From contig CAVTGB010000004.1 in NCBI GenBank assembly GCA_963734125.1, positions 71,779-135,778 of the forward strand: a stretch of 64,000 bases of DNA. Reading direction: 5' to 3'. Origin of the DNA: an uncultured Alphaproteobacteria bacterium (lineage in GTDB: Bacteria; Pseudomonadota; Alphaproteobacteria; ATCC43930; CGMCC-115725). Below the pieces are notes generated by a model. That model saw only the letters and a program-made list of their open reading frames with translations, was not told the origin of the DNA and searched no databases. Within the stretch, counting starts at the first letter, position 1, and each line of letters begins with the position of its first letter. The position numbers were made by a program, and so were the translations under genes. Below, piece after piece: positions 9,215 to 18,909 of the stretch.

Positions 9215-10592
9215 GCGGGATGGTTTTTTCCGTCCCTGCCGGAAGGGTCAGCCGGAAGACGGTGCCCGCGCCGGTCGTGTCAACGAGCGCGAGGTCGCCG
9301 CCTTGCGCGCGCATCAATTCGCGCGCGATCGCGAGGCCAAGGCCGGTGCCGCCAGGCCGGGCGGAGCCGAAAAACGGCCGGAACAGATTGTCGCGCGCCC
9401 GCGGCGGCAGCCCGTGACCGTCATCGGCAACCTCGATCGCGATCGCTCCATTGGATACTGCGGTGCTGAGGCGCAGGTGGCGGGCGCCGGCTTCGACCGC
9501 GTTCTGGGCGAGGTTCAGGAGCACCCGGTAAAGCTGATCGCGGTCCGCGCGCACGATGAGTCCCTCCGGGACATCCGGCTCTACGGCGAGGCGGTCGCTG
9601 CCGATCGCCAGGGCCGGCTCGATTTCCTCGACCAGCGGGAGGAGGGGAAACCGTGTCGGCGCGACAGGCGGCGCGCCCTCGCGCGAGAAATCGAGGGTGC
9701 GCGTGCACAACGCCACCGCGCGGTCGATCGCCTCGAAGAGCCGCGGCGCAACGCGGCGCACCTCGGGCGCGGCGCTGTCGGCGAGCCCGTCGCTGACCAG
9801 CCGCGCGGTCGCCAGAATGGCGCGCAGATCGTGGTTGATCTTGCTGACGGCGGTGCCGAGCGCGGCCAGCCGGGCGCGCTGGCCGAGCGCCTGCCGCACC
9901 GTCTCCTGCAGCATCGCGAGCTCGTTTTCCGCGCGGCCGATCTCGTCGCGCCTGCCGCTCGGGACGATCCGGCGCGAGGCGTCTTCCGGGTCCTCGCGGA
10001 ACGAGGTCATGCTCGCGGTGATGCGGCGCATCGGCCGGACCAAGAGCCAATGCAGGCTGAGATAAACCAGCGCCGCGGTGGTCAAGGAAATGACGATCGA
10101 CAATTCGAGGATGCGGATGGCAAAACCGCGCAATTCGTGGCGCAGCGGCGCCTCGTCGAGCAGCAGTTCGACCGTGGCGTCGGGTTCCTTGGGCGAGCGC
10201 CCGAGCACGCGCATGACCCGGTTGCCGGTGCTGAACAATGTCTCGAACGAACGCTCAATCCAAATGGGGACATTGCCTTTCCTCAGGTCGAACGTGACGT
10301 CGGGCTTTGGCGGCATCGCGCTGTCGAGCATCCGCACCATCCCGTCCGGTCGATGCAGGATCACCGCATGCGTGCCGACATGCGCCAGGAGCTCATTGGC
10401 CAGGGTCTGGTCGATCCGCCCGCTGGGGCTTGCGCCAAGCGCCAGGATCGCTAGGTGCCCAGACGCGATGTGGTTGTCGAGATAGGTCATCCGGAAACGC
10501 GCGACCGAGGGCACAAAGATCAGGACCTCGCTCAGCATCACGAAGAAGATCGTCAGCACGAGAAGGCGCGCCGAGAGACTGCGGAGCAGCAT
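9195..10592 (-). CDS. sensor histidine kinase (2 TM, HAMP, HisKA, HATPase_c)
   Basis: 465-aa ORF with an H-box (SKINHDLRAILATA), an N-box (LLNLAQNAVEA) and G-boxes (DDGHGL, GGTGLGLAI). There is no response regulator gene nearby. Its 3' end overlaps the rlmI-like 3' end by 20 nt. Confidence 0.85.
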   Translation of the reverse strand: MLLRSLSARLLVLTIFFVMLSEVLIFVPSVARFRMTYLDNHIASGHLAILALGASPSGRIDQTLANELLAHVGTHAVILHRPDGMVRMLDSAMPPKPDVTFDLRKGNVPIWIERSFETLFSTGNRVMRVLGRSPKEPDATVELLLDEAPLRHELRGFAIRILELSIVISLTTAALVYLSLHWLLVRPMRRITASMTSFREDPEDASRRIVPSGRRDEIGRAENELAMLQETVRQALGQRARLAALGTAVSKINHDLRAILATARLVSDGLADSAAPEVRRVAPRLFEAIDRAVALCTRTLDFSREGAPPVAPTRFPLLPLVEEIEPALAIGSDRLAVEPDVPEGLIVRADRDQLYRVLLNLAQNAVEAGARHLRLSTAVSNGAIAIEVADDGHGLPPRARDNLFRPFFGSARPGGTGLGLAIARELMRAQGGDLALVDTTGAGTVFRLTLPAGTEKTIPLNRASG

Positions 10593-10602
10593 CGCCGCGC
10601 TC

Positions 10603-12012
10603 TCAGCCGAAGCGTGCCAGCAGGCGCACGAGGCGGCGGGTGCGTGGGGAGAAGAGGGTGGGCGTATAGTAGCTGCCGGCGGCGCGCTTGCCGGCTTCGC
10701 CCCGGGTCGGATAGGGCACGATCAGGTTGGCCATCGCGCCGATCTTGAGCCGTTGCGCGATCGCCAAGGCCCAGGGCAGGATGAGGTCGCCCGCGGCCGC
10801 GCCGAGGATCGTCGCGCCGAGGATGCGTCCGCGCGGAATGGTGATGATCTTCACCTCGCCCGCGGTGTCGCGCTCGGTGTGGGCGCGGTCGTTCTCGGCA
10901 AAGGACCAGCGCAGCACCTGCACCGGTCCCGCTTGCCGCGCCGCCGCCTCGGTCAGCCCCACCTGGGCGAGCTCAGGGTCGGTGTAGGTGACCCAGGGAA
11001 GCTCCCGGTAATCGACCCGCGCGGGCAGCCGAAAGAGTGCGTTCCGGATGACGATCCCGGCGTGGTAGAGCGCGATATGGGTGAATTGCGGGCCGCCGGC
11101 CGCATCGCCGACCGCATAGGCGCGCCGGTTGGTCGTCCGCAGCCGCCGATCGACGACGATCCCGGCGGCGCCAGCCGCGATCCCGGCGGCGGCGAGATCG
11201 AGCGCGGCAAGGTTGGGCCGTCTTCCCGCGGCGACCAACAGATGCGACCCGGCGATGCGTTCTCCGGTCGCCAGGGTGACGGCGATTTGCGATCCCGCCG
11301 GCTCGATCAGGGCGACCCCGACCGAGGGTTTCAGCGCAATGCCGTCTGCCGCCAGGCGCCCGGCGAGGAGCGCCACCAACTCGGGATCATCATGCGGCAG
11401 TATCGGGCCGGCGTCGATGACGGTGACCGTGGAGCCGAGCCCCCGGTGGGCCTGCGCCAGCTCGATCCCGACCGGGCCGCCGCCGATCACGATCAGATGC
11501 GAGGGGAGAGTCCGGTTGGCGAATACCGTCTCGTTGGTGAAGAATTTCACACCGTCGAGGCCGGGGATCGGCGGCACGACCGGCGCCGAGCCGGTGGCGA
11601 TGACAAAGCGGCGCGGCCGGACGGTGTGATCGCCGGCGCGGATCGTCTTGGAATCGACAAAGCGCGCTTCGGCGGCGATGACGCGCACCCCGAGCCCTTC
11701 AAAGCGCTCGACCGAATCGGTCGGGGCTATCTCTGCGATTACCCGCGCGACGCTGTCGGCGACGGCGGCGAAATCGACTTCGGGCGGGGTGTAGCGAATG
11801 CCCAATTCGGCGCCGCGCCGCCAGGCGGTCGCCAGCCGCGAGGCCGCCAGGAGCGATTTCGACGGCACGCAGCCGTAATTGAGGCAGTCGCCGCCCATCC
11901 GGCCGCGCTCGACGAGGACGACGCTCGCCCCCATCTGCACGGCGCCCGCCGCCACCGCGAGACCTCCCGACCCGGCGCCGATGACGCAGAGATCCGGGGT
12001 GAGCGCGCTCAT
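10603..12012 (-). CDS. FAD-dependent pyridine nucleotide-disulfide oxidoreductase (dihydrolipoamide dehydrogenase / mercuric reductase-like)
   Basis: ORF 10603-12459. The true start is MSALTPDLCVIGAGSGGL at 12012, which overlaps the upstream stop as ATGA. It has the redox-active GGDCLNYGCVPSK motif and a second Rossmann fold (LIVIGGGPVGIE). Confidence 0.85.
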   Translation of the reverse strand: MSALTPDLCVIGAGSGGLAVAAGAVQMGASVVLVERGRMGGDCLNYGCVPSKSLLAASRLATAWRRGAELGIRYTPPEVDFAAVADSVARVIAEIAPTDSVERFEGLGVRVIAAEARFVDSKTIRAGDHTVRPRRFVIATGSAPVVPPIPGLDGVKFFTNETVFANRTLPSHLIVIGGGPVGIELAQAHRGLGSTVTVIDAGPILPHDDPELVALLAGRLAADGIALKPSVGVALIEPAGSQIAVTLATGERIAGSHLLVAAGRRPNLAALDLAAAGIAAGAAGIVVDRRLRTTNRRAYAVGDAAGGPQFTHIALYHAGIVIRNALFRLPARVDYRELPWVTYTDPELAQVGLTEAAARQAGPVQVLRWSFAENDRAHTERDTAGEVKIITIPRGRILGATILGAAAGDLILPWALAIAQRLKIGAMANLIVPYPTRGEAGKRAAGSYYTPTLFSPRTRRLVRLLARFG

Positions 12013-12755
12013 GCCGCCCCGGCGCCGACACGCCAGCGCTTCAAGATGACCGGCAAGAGCGCGAGCACCGCCAGGCCAAGGATCGGGAGAATGACGCCCG
12101 GGCGGAAGAGGACCCCGAGGTCGGGCGACCGGCCCTCGTCGGCAAGCGTTCCCAGGCCATTGCCGAGACTGGCATAGATGAAGGTGACCGGGATGATGCC
12201 GAAAAACGTGCCGAGCACGTAGACCCATAATCGCAAGCCGACCGCCCCGGCCACCAGGTTGACCAGCCAGAACGGGAAGATCGGGATGAGGCGCAGCACC
12301 AGGAGATAATTGAGGCCGTTGTTGCGGAAGTTGCTTTCGAGCCGGCGCACCCACGGGCCGGCGCGGGCGGCAAGACCGGCGAGCCCGGCGCGGGCGGCGA
12401 GGAAGACGACGGTCGCCCCCGCCGTCGCCCCGATCACCGCATAGGCGGTGCCGAGCCACGGCCCGAACAGAAATCCGCCGGCGATCGTGAAGAGCGCGCC
12501 GCCTGGGACCGACAGCGCGACGAGGGCGGCATAGGCGAGGATGAAGGCGAGGGCGGCGGTCGCGCCGGCGTGCGCCACCACCGCAGTCAGCGATGCGCGA
12601 TGTTCGGCGAGTGCGGCGAAACTCAGATAGCGGTGCCCGCCGAGCGCGAGGAACATGGCCCCGCCAACAACGAGAATGCCGAGCGGCACGAAGCGGCGGG
12701 CAGCAACCGGACGCGGCACCTCATCAGCCATCGCGGCATTGTGGGGCGAGAACAC
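12009..12755 (-). CDS. TVP38/TMEM64 (DedA-related, SNARE-associated) family membrane protein
   Basis: 248-aa polytopic ORF (FGPWLGTAYAVIGATAGATVVFLAAR ... LRLIPIFPFWLVNLVAGA). It is translationally coupled to the oxidoreductase. An alternative start lies at 12731. Confidence 0.8.
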   Translation of the reverse strand: MFSPHNAAMADEVPRPVAARRFVPLGILVVGGAMFLALGGHRYLSFAALAEHRASLTAVVAHAGATAALAFILAYAALVALSVPGGALFTIAGGFLFGPWLGTAYAVIGATAGATVVFLAARAGLAGLAARAGPWVRRLESNFRNNGLNYLLVLRLIPIFPFWLVNLVAGAVGLRLWVYVLGTFFGIIPVTFIYASLGNGLGTLADEGRSPDLGVLFRPGVILPILGLAVLALLPVILKRWRVGAGAA

Positions 12756-12809
12756 CCGCCATGCCAGCGCCGCGCCGCTACCGCCACGCTCAATTCAGCG
12801 TGAAGCGGG

Positions 12810-13985
12810 CTATTCGTCTTCGCGCTCCTCCTCGTGGCGGAACGGCGAATATTCGGCGAGGTGCTCGATTTTCCGCTCCACCATCTCGCGCTCGCGGTCG
12901 AGGAAGGCGGCAACGGCGCGGCGGAAGGCGGGATCGGGGATCCAATGCGCGCTGTAGATCGGCGTCGGCAGATAGCCGCGCTGCAATTTATGCGGTCCCT
13001 GCGCGCCGGCCTCGACGCGCTTGAGCCCGCGTTTGATCGCGAACTCGATCGCCTGGTAATAGCAGCATTCGAAATGGAGGAAGCGGTATTCGCGGTGCGC
13101 CCCCCAATTGCGCCCGTAGATCGTGTCGCGGCCGAGGATGTTGAAGGCGCCGGCGATGTATTGGGTGCCGTGGCGCGCCATCACCAAAACGATGTTGTCC
13201 GGCATCCGCTCGCCGATCATCGAGAAAAAGCGCCGGGTCAGGTAGGCCGACCCCCACTTCCGGTCGGTGGTGCCGAGATAGAGCCGATAGAACGCATCCC
13301 ACGCAGCTTCCGTCAGATCCTTGCCGGTGAGGAGGTCGATCTCGATGGCGCCGCCGGCCAGCGCCTCGCGCCGTTCCTTCTTCACCGCCTTGCGCTTCCG
13401 CGAATTGAGCGCCGCCAGATAGTCGTCGAAATCGCGGTAGCCCTGGTTGGTCCAATGAAATTGCTGGCCGATGCGCTGGAGGAAGCCGGCTTCGGCGAAG
13501 GCCGCGAAATCCTCGTCGTGCGGAAAGTTGACGTGGAGCGAGGAGAGCTTGTGCCGCCGCGCCAGCTCGATCATCCCGGCGATCAGATGGCTTTTCGTCG
13601 CGGCGGCCGCGTCGGGGGCGACGAGGAGGCGGGGGCCGGGCACTGGGGTGAACGGCACCGCGCACAACAGCTTTGGATAATAGCGCGCGCCCGAGCGCTC
13701 GTAGGCGTCGGCCCAGCCCCAATCGAAGATGTATTCGCCGTAGGAATGGCTCTTCAGATACATCGGCACGGCGCCGACGAGGCGCCCGTCCTTGCCGGCA
13801 AAGGTGAGGTGCTGCGGCGCCCAGCCGGTGCGCGCATTGGTCGAGCCGCTCTCTTCAAGCGCGTTCAGAAAGACGTGGCTGACTGTCGGGTTGATGTCGC
13901 CGGCGCAGGTATCCCAGGCCTCCGGCGCGACCTCGGCGATCGCATTGTGGACGGAGAGGGTGATCGATTGGCCGCCATCGTTCAT
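12810..13985 (-). CDS. GNAT/FemAB-like N-acetyltransferase family protein (DUF482-type)
   Basis: 391-aa ORF with a pattern typical of the COG3146 family (YLKSHSYGEYIFDWGWADAY ... YYPKLLCAVPFTPV ... FECCYYQAIE). Confidence 0.75.
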   Translation of the reverse strand: MNDGGQSITLSVHNAIAEVAPEAWDTCAGDINPTVSHVFLNALEESGSTNARTGWAPQHLTFAGKDGRLVGAVPMYLKSHSYGEYIFDWGWADAYERSGARYYPKLLCAVPFTPVPGPRLLVAPDAAAATKSHLIAGMIELARRHKLSSLHVNFPHDEDFAAFAEAGFLQRIGQQFHWTNQGYRDFDDYLAALNSRKRKAVKKERREALAGGAIEIDLLTGKDLTEAAWDAFYRLYLGTTDRKWGSAYLTRRFFSMIGERMPDNIVLVMARHGTQYIAGAFNILGRDTIYGRNWGAHREYRFLHFECCYYQAIEFAIKRGLKRVEAGAQGPHKLQRGYLPTPIYSAHWIPDPAFRRAVAAFLDREREMVERKIEHLAEYSPFRHEEEREDE

Positions 13986-13998
13986 CGGGGGCGCCCGC

Positions 13999-14466
13999 TC
14001 AGCCGATCTCGAATGTGGCTTCGACCTCGACCGCGAGATCGCCCGGCAGGCCGCTCATCCCGACTGCGGCGCGGGCATGGCGCCCCTTATCTCCGAACAC
14101 CTCGACCATCAGATCGGAGGCGCCGTTGATCACCTGCGGCATCTCGGTAAACTCCGGCGTGCAGTTGACAAACCCGCCGAGCCTGAGGCAGCGCCGCACT
14201 CGGTCGAGATCGCCGCCGCAGGCGGTTCGCAGCTGCGACAGGATATTGAGCCCGCACAGCCGCGCCGCCGCCTGGCCGTCGGCGATGCTGATCCCAGCGC
14301 CGAGTTTCCCGATAAAGCGGAGCTCGCCATTCCATTGGCAGATCTGGCCGGAGATGAAGACGAGATTGCCCGAGATCGTGAACGGCACGTAATTTGCCCA
14401 CGGCGCCTGCGGCTGCGGCAGTTCGATGCCGAGCTCCTTCAGGCGCGCCTCGATCCTTCCGCTCAT
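13999..14466 (-). CDS. RidA/YjgF family protein
   Basis: ORF 13999-14493, with the likely start at MSGRIEARLKELGIELP (14466). It has the YjgF-like core and C-terminus (RAAVGMSGLPGDLAVEVEATFEI). Confidence 0.85.
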   Translation of the reverse strand: MSGRIEARLKELGIELPQPQAPWANYVPFTISGNLVFISGQICQWNGELRFIGKLGAGISIADGQAAARLCGLNILSQLRTACGGDLDRVRRCLRLGGFVNCTPEFTEMPQVINGASDLMVEVFGDKGRHARAAVGMSGLPGDLAVEVEATFEIG

Positions 14467-14592
14467 CGCCTGATCTCTCCATCGCTTGGACACGGCGAGA
14501 TTGCGTCCTCACAGCGCTCCCCGCAACGACAAACCTTGCTACCATCGGGCGTGCCGCGAAGATGCCGCATTCGCGCGTTAGCAGAGGGGTCC

Positions 14593-15210
14593 ATGCGCAC
14601 GCTGTGGTTCGTCATCCTTTGCGTGATTCTGGTTGCCGGCCCGGTTCGGGCGGCGACGCTGGGCGAGGCGCAGATTGGCTTCAGCGCCGATCGCACGCTC
14701 GTCATCAATGGAAAGAGCTATCAGGGCAAGATCTGGGCGATGCCGGGGCGGGAACGCCATGAGCAGGCGATCTCCGGGTTCCGGCCGATCTTCCTGCTGC
14801 GCGCGGACAGTCCGCTCGGTGAAATCGTGCTGCCCCAGCTGAAGACCATCGTCGAGTTCAAGCTGCCGGCGGAATTGCGGATTTTTGCGACGCCGGCGCT
14901 CAAAAACCACCCGGTCGGCCAGGAGACGATCAACGGCATCGCCACGACCAAATACGCGATCGATGAGACGGTCCCCGAAGGCCACGCGACCGGGGCACTA
15001 TGGCTCAGCCGCGACGGCATCCCGATGCGGCTCTCCGGCAGTTTCACCCGGCCGAGCGGCACGGTGTCAACGATCCGCTGGGAATTGAGCCATGTCAGGA
15101 TCGGGCCGCAGCCGGCGGGGTTGTTCGAGGCGCCGCAAGGGTTTTCCAAGCTGCCGCCCGAGGCGATCGCGCCGCTCCTCGGCCTCAAGCTAAAATCAGC
15201 GAGGCGCTGA
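14593..15210 (+). CDS. hypothetical secreted protein
   Basis: Internal ATG at 14593 of ORF 13792-15210. It has a clear signal peptide (MRTLWFVILCVILVAGPVRAAT). I cannot name a family with confidence. Confidence 0.6.
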   Translation: MRTLWFVILCVILVAGPVRAATLGEAQIGFSADRTLVINGKSYQGKIWAMPGRERHEQAISGFRPIFLLRADSPLGEIVLPQLKTIVEFKLPAELRIFATPALKNHPVGQETINGIATTKYAIDETVPEGHATGALWLSRDGIPMRLSGSFTRPSGTVSTIRWELSHVRIGPQPAGLFEAPQGFSKLPPEAIAPLLGLKLKSARR

Positions 15211-15296
15211 CCCAGGGGCGCAATCCTCGTTGCTATGGCCCAATTGGGTACGGGCGCTATTATCGCGGTCTCACTCCGAGGGAAGGAGCATCCCCC

Positions 15297-16076
15297 ATGG
15301 CGAACGTACCCGGTCTCATCACCGACCCCAGCCGCATCAAAGGCGGGGTGATCTCGTTGACCAGCGGCGGCAGCCAGGTCGCGGCCTACCTCGCGCGGCC
15401 GCAACGCGCCGGGAAACTATCCCGGCATCGTCGTGATCCAGGAAGCCTTTGGGCTCGACGACCACATCTGCGACCTGGCGCGGCGCTTCGCCAATATCGG
15501 CTACAACGCCGTCGCACCGGCGCTCTACTGGCGGCGCGGCGCGCCCAAGGACCCGGACGTCATGGAGCACGGTGTTCCCGGTGATGTTCGGCCTGCCCGA
15601 CAGCGAGGCGGTGCAGGACCTCGAAGCCGCAGCGGATTATCTGCGCGCGCATGCCGGGCGCGACCGGAAAGGTCGGCGCGATCGGCTTCTGCTCGGGCGG
15701 CCGCCACACGCTGCTCTTTGCGTGCAGCAGCAACAAGGTCAACGCCGCGGTCGATTGCTGGGGCGGCTTCATCAACCGCGCCACGCCCGACGCCGAGACC
15801 ACCGCGGCGCGGCCGAAGGCGCCCTTGGACATGGTCGGCCAGTTGCACTGCCCGCTGTTCGGCGTGTTCGGCGACGAAGACCAGAACCCGCCGGTCGCGC
15901 TCGAGGCCGAGCTGAAAAAGCGCGGCGCTGCGGCTCATAAGGACGTGACGACCAAGATCTACCAGAACGCCGGCCACGCCTTTCTCGCCGACTACCGGCC
16001 GAGCTATCGCGAGGGCCCGGCTCACGAGCTGTGGGCCGACGCCACGGCGTTTTTGGGCAAGCACCTGAAGGGGTAA
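15297..16076 (+). pseudogene. dienelactone hydrolase family protein, reading frame broken about 3 times
   Basis: The homologous sequence is spread over ORFs 15000-15584, 15433-15915, 15449-15940 and 15651-16076. It reads MANVPGLITDP..AYLARPQRAGK / (Y)PGIVVIQEAFGLDDHICDLARRFANIGYNAVAPALY / VFPVMFGLPDSEAVQDLEAAADYLRAHAG / GKVGAIGFCSGGRHTL...GHAFLADYRPSY. Frame changes fall near 15415-15425, 15570-15575 and 15665-15670. Confidence 0.75.
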
Positions 16077-16090
16077 ACCCCGCTCCGCGC

Positions 16091-16195
16091 CATCACCCCC
16101 ACCCCGACCTGCCCCCATCGAGTAAGGTGGCGTGCTGATGAAAGCCCTCCCCCTCGATGGGGGAGGGTTGGGAGGGGTGAGCGAGGTGCAGCTTG
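16091..16195. repeat. REP-like element, family D
   Basis: CACCCCCACCCCGACCTGCCCCCATCGAG ... CCCTCCCCCTCGATGGGGGAGGGTTGGGAGGGGTGAGCG. Related copies lie at 41356, 45663, 57826 and inside pdhC at 62740. Confidence 0.75.
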
Positions 16196-16213
16196 GGTAG
16201 GGGTCCGTCGTCC

Positions 16214-17045
16214 CTACGCCCGATAGAACGGCCGGTCGCCCTTGATCGTGACGCGGTAGCCGTGCCGGGTTTGCGGGAAATAGTCCCACATCGCGTGGTG
16301 CTGGACCGAGCGGTTGTCCCAGAACGCCACCGACCCCGGCTGCCAGCGGAAACGGCACTGGAATTCCGGCGTCTCGGCATGCCGGTACAGCATCTCCAAC
16401 AGCGCATCGCTTTCGAGCCGGCTCAGGCCCTTCAACCCGGTCGTGAAATTGCGGTTGACGAACAGCGCCTTCCGCCCGGTCACCGGATGGGTGCGGACGA
16501 CCGGATGCTCGGCCTTGGGAAAGGCCTTGCCGCCGCCAGTCGTAGCCGAAGCGGCCGCGATAGACCGGCTCGCCGTCATGGATCGCGGTCAGCCCCTCGA
16601 CGAGGCGCTGGATCGGCGGCGACAGCTTGTCATAGGCGGCGTACATGCTGGCGAAGAGGGTATCGCCACCTTCCGGCGGCACCTCGGTCAGATAGAGGAT
16701 GCTGCCCATCGGCGGCTCGGCGTCGCACGAGACGTCGGAATGCCATTCTTCGCCGGCGACATGCTTCGAGTTCTCGTCGGCATGGATCGTCAGGATCTCG
16801 GGGTGGCCCTCGGGCGAATTTCGCGAGGCCGGATGGATCGCCAATTCGCCGAAGAGATGCCCGAACGCCTTGTGCTGGTCATGGGTGAGCGACTGGTCGC
16901 GGAAGAAGACGACGAGGTTTTCCATCAGCGCGTCGTGCACTTCCTGGAATTGCTGGTTGCCGAGCGGACGCGACAGGTCGACCCCGGCGATCTCCGCGCC
17001 GATATGCGGCGTCAGCTTTTTGACCTCGATCGTCTGGTACGGCAT
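16214..17045 (-). pseudogene. tauD: TauD/TfdA family Fe(II)/2-oxoglutarate dioxygenase, one frame break
   Basis: The N-terminal part is in ORF 15525-17045 (MPYQTIEVKKLTPHIGAEIAGVDL ... WHSDVSCDAEPPMGSILY ... GDTLFASM). The C-terminal part is in ORF 16214-16579 ([18 protein letters not shown] ... [14 protein letters not shown]). The frame change is near 16530-16550. Confidence 0.8.
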
Positions 17046-17071
17046 CCGCGGCCTCCCTTAAGCTTTCCCAC

Positions 17072-17161
17072 ATTGTCATTGCGAGCGAAGCGAAGCAATC
17101 TCGGGCATTTGATGCTCGGCGGGACGAGATTGAGTCGTCGCTGCGCTCCTCGCAATGACAA
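17072..17161. repeat. REP-like inverted repeat, family E
   Basis: ATTGTCATTGCGAGCGAAGCGAAGCAATCTCG ... GTCGTCGCTGCGCTCCTCGCAATGACAA. A second copy lies at 31014-31113. Confidence 0.75.
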
Positions 17162-17165
17162 AAGG

Positions 17166-18897
17166 GTGGCGGCATGGCGCAAGAAGGAACTCAAGGTCGA
17201 CAGCGTCGCCGAGGCGTATCTCGCGCTTCTCGCCGAGCGCGGCATCGAATATCTGTTCGCCAATGCCGGCACCGATTTCGCGCCGATCGTCGAGGCCTAC
17301 GCCAAGGCCGCGCATAGCGGGCTGCCGGCGCCGAAGCCGCTGATCGCGACGCACGAGAACCTCGCGATCTCGATGGCGCACGGCTATGCCGCCGCTTCGG
17401 GGCGGGTGCCGGCCGTCATGGTGCATGTCAGCGTCGGCACCGCCAATGCGATCTGCGGCGCTCTTCAATGCGGCGCGCGCCAACGTGCCCATTCTCTTCA
17501 CCGCCGGCCGCTCGCCCCTGACCGAGGAAGGGCTCCCCGGCGCGCGCGACACCTACATCCACTGGGCGCAGGAGATGTTCGACCAGGCCGGTATGGTGCG
17601 CGAGATCGTAAAATGGGATTATGAGCTGCGGAACGGCGTCCAGCTCGAGACCGTCATCGACCGCGCGCTGACGATCGCGCAGAGCCCGCCCGAGGGGCCG
17701 GTCTACCTGTCGTTGCCGCGCGAGGTCTTGGCCGAGCCCTTGCCCGGGTTTGCCTACGAACAGCCCTCGCGCCACGCCGCCGCCTCGCCGCCGGCGCCGG
17801 ACCAGGTTGCCATCGTAGCCGCGGCCGAACTGCTCGCCGCAGCGAAAAACCCGCTGATCATCACCGCCGATGCCGGGCGCGACCGCGTCGCCGTCGCCGC
17901 CCTGGCGGCATTCGCCGAGCGCTTTGCGATTCCCGTGGTCGAGCACCGCCAGCGGCATTTGAACCTACCGGCCGACCACCCCTGCCATCTCGGCTACTCG
18001 CCGACGCCGCTTATCGATGGCGCCGATCTGGTTCTGGTCATCGATTGCGACGTGCCGTGGATCCCCGGCCGGAGGCCGCCCGCGCCAGACGCCAAGATCA
18101 TTCACATCGGCGTCGACCCGCTGTTCAGCCGCTATCCGATCCGCGGCTTTACCTGCGATGTCGCGATCACCGGGGCGGCGCGGCTGGTTCTGCCGGCTCT
18201 CGGCCAGGCGCTTTTGCCGTTTGCCGAGATGATGCCGATCGAGGCGCGACGGAAGGCGTTGGCCGAGCGCCGCGAGACGATGCGGGCGGGCTGGCGCAAA
18301 CTGCGCGACGAGGCGCGGACGATGCGGCCGATCAGCCCGGTATGGGTCGGCACTTGTCTTGCCGAGGCGCGCGATCCCGCCTCCGCGATCGTCAACGAAT
18401 ATACGCTCCTCCCCGAGCATTGCCCCTCGACCCGGCCGGGCAGCTTTTTCGGGTCGAGCCCGGCGGCGGGGCTCGGCTGGGGCGCCGGGGCGGCGCTCGG
18501 GGTCAAGCTCGCCCAGCCCGACCGCCAGGTCATCGCCGTCCTCGGCGACGGCTCCTATCTGTTTTCGAACCCGGTCGCGGTGCACCACGCCGCGCACCTG
18601 CACCGGCTGCCGGTCCTCTTTGTCGTCGTCAACAACGCGATGTGGGGGGCGGTGCGCCGCGCCACCTTGGGCATGTACCCACAGGGCGAAGCCGCACGCA
18701 GCAACCGCCCGCCGTTTATCGACCTCGACGAACTCCCGGCCTTCGAACAGGTCTGCGCCGCCGCGGGCGGCTATGGCGAGCGCGTCGAGGACCCGGCAGA
18801 GCTGCCGGCCGCCTTAGACCGCGCGCTACACGCCGTCACCATCGAAAAGCGTCAGGCCTTGCTCAACGTCATCTGCCATGGCGGCGGCGGGGGATGA
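17166..18897 (+). pseudogene. thiamine pyrophosphate-requiring enzyme (acetolactate synthase large subunit-like), one frame break
   Basis: The N-terminal TPP-binding module is at the end of ORF 16314-17624 (VAEAYLALLAERGIEYLFANAGTDFAPIVEA ... HVSVGTANAICGAL). The rest is in ORF 17386-18897 (FNAARANVPILFTAGRSP ... GDGSYLFSNP ... VVVNNAMWG). The frame change is near 17455-17465. A GTG start at 17166 is proposed. Confidence 0.75.
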
Positions 18898-18909
18898 CGG
18901 GCTCCCAGC

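Noticed and set aside
10603-12459. 618-aa ORF suggesting an N-terminally extended oxidoreductase
   Set aside because: The extension is an off-frame read of the TVP38 gene. The Rossmann motif and the ATGA coupling place the real start at 12012.
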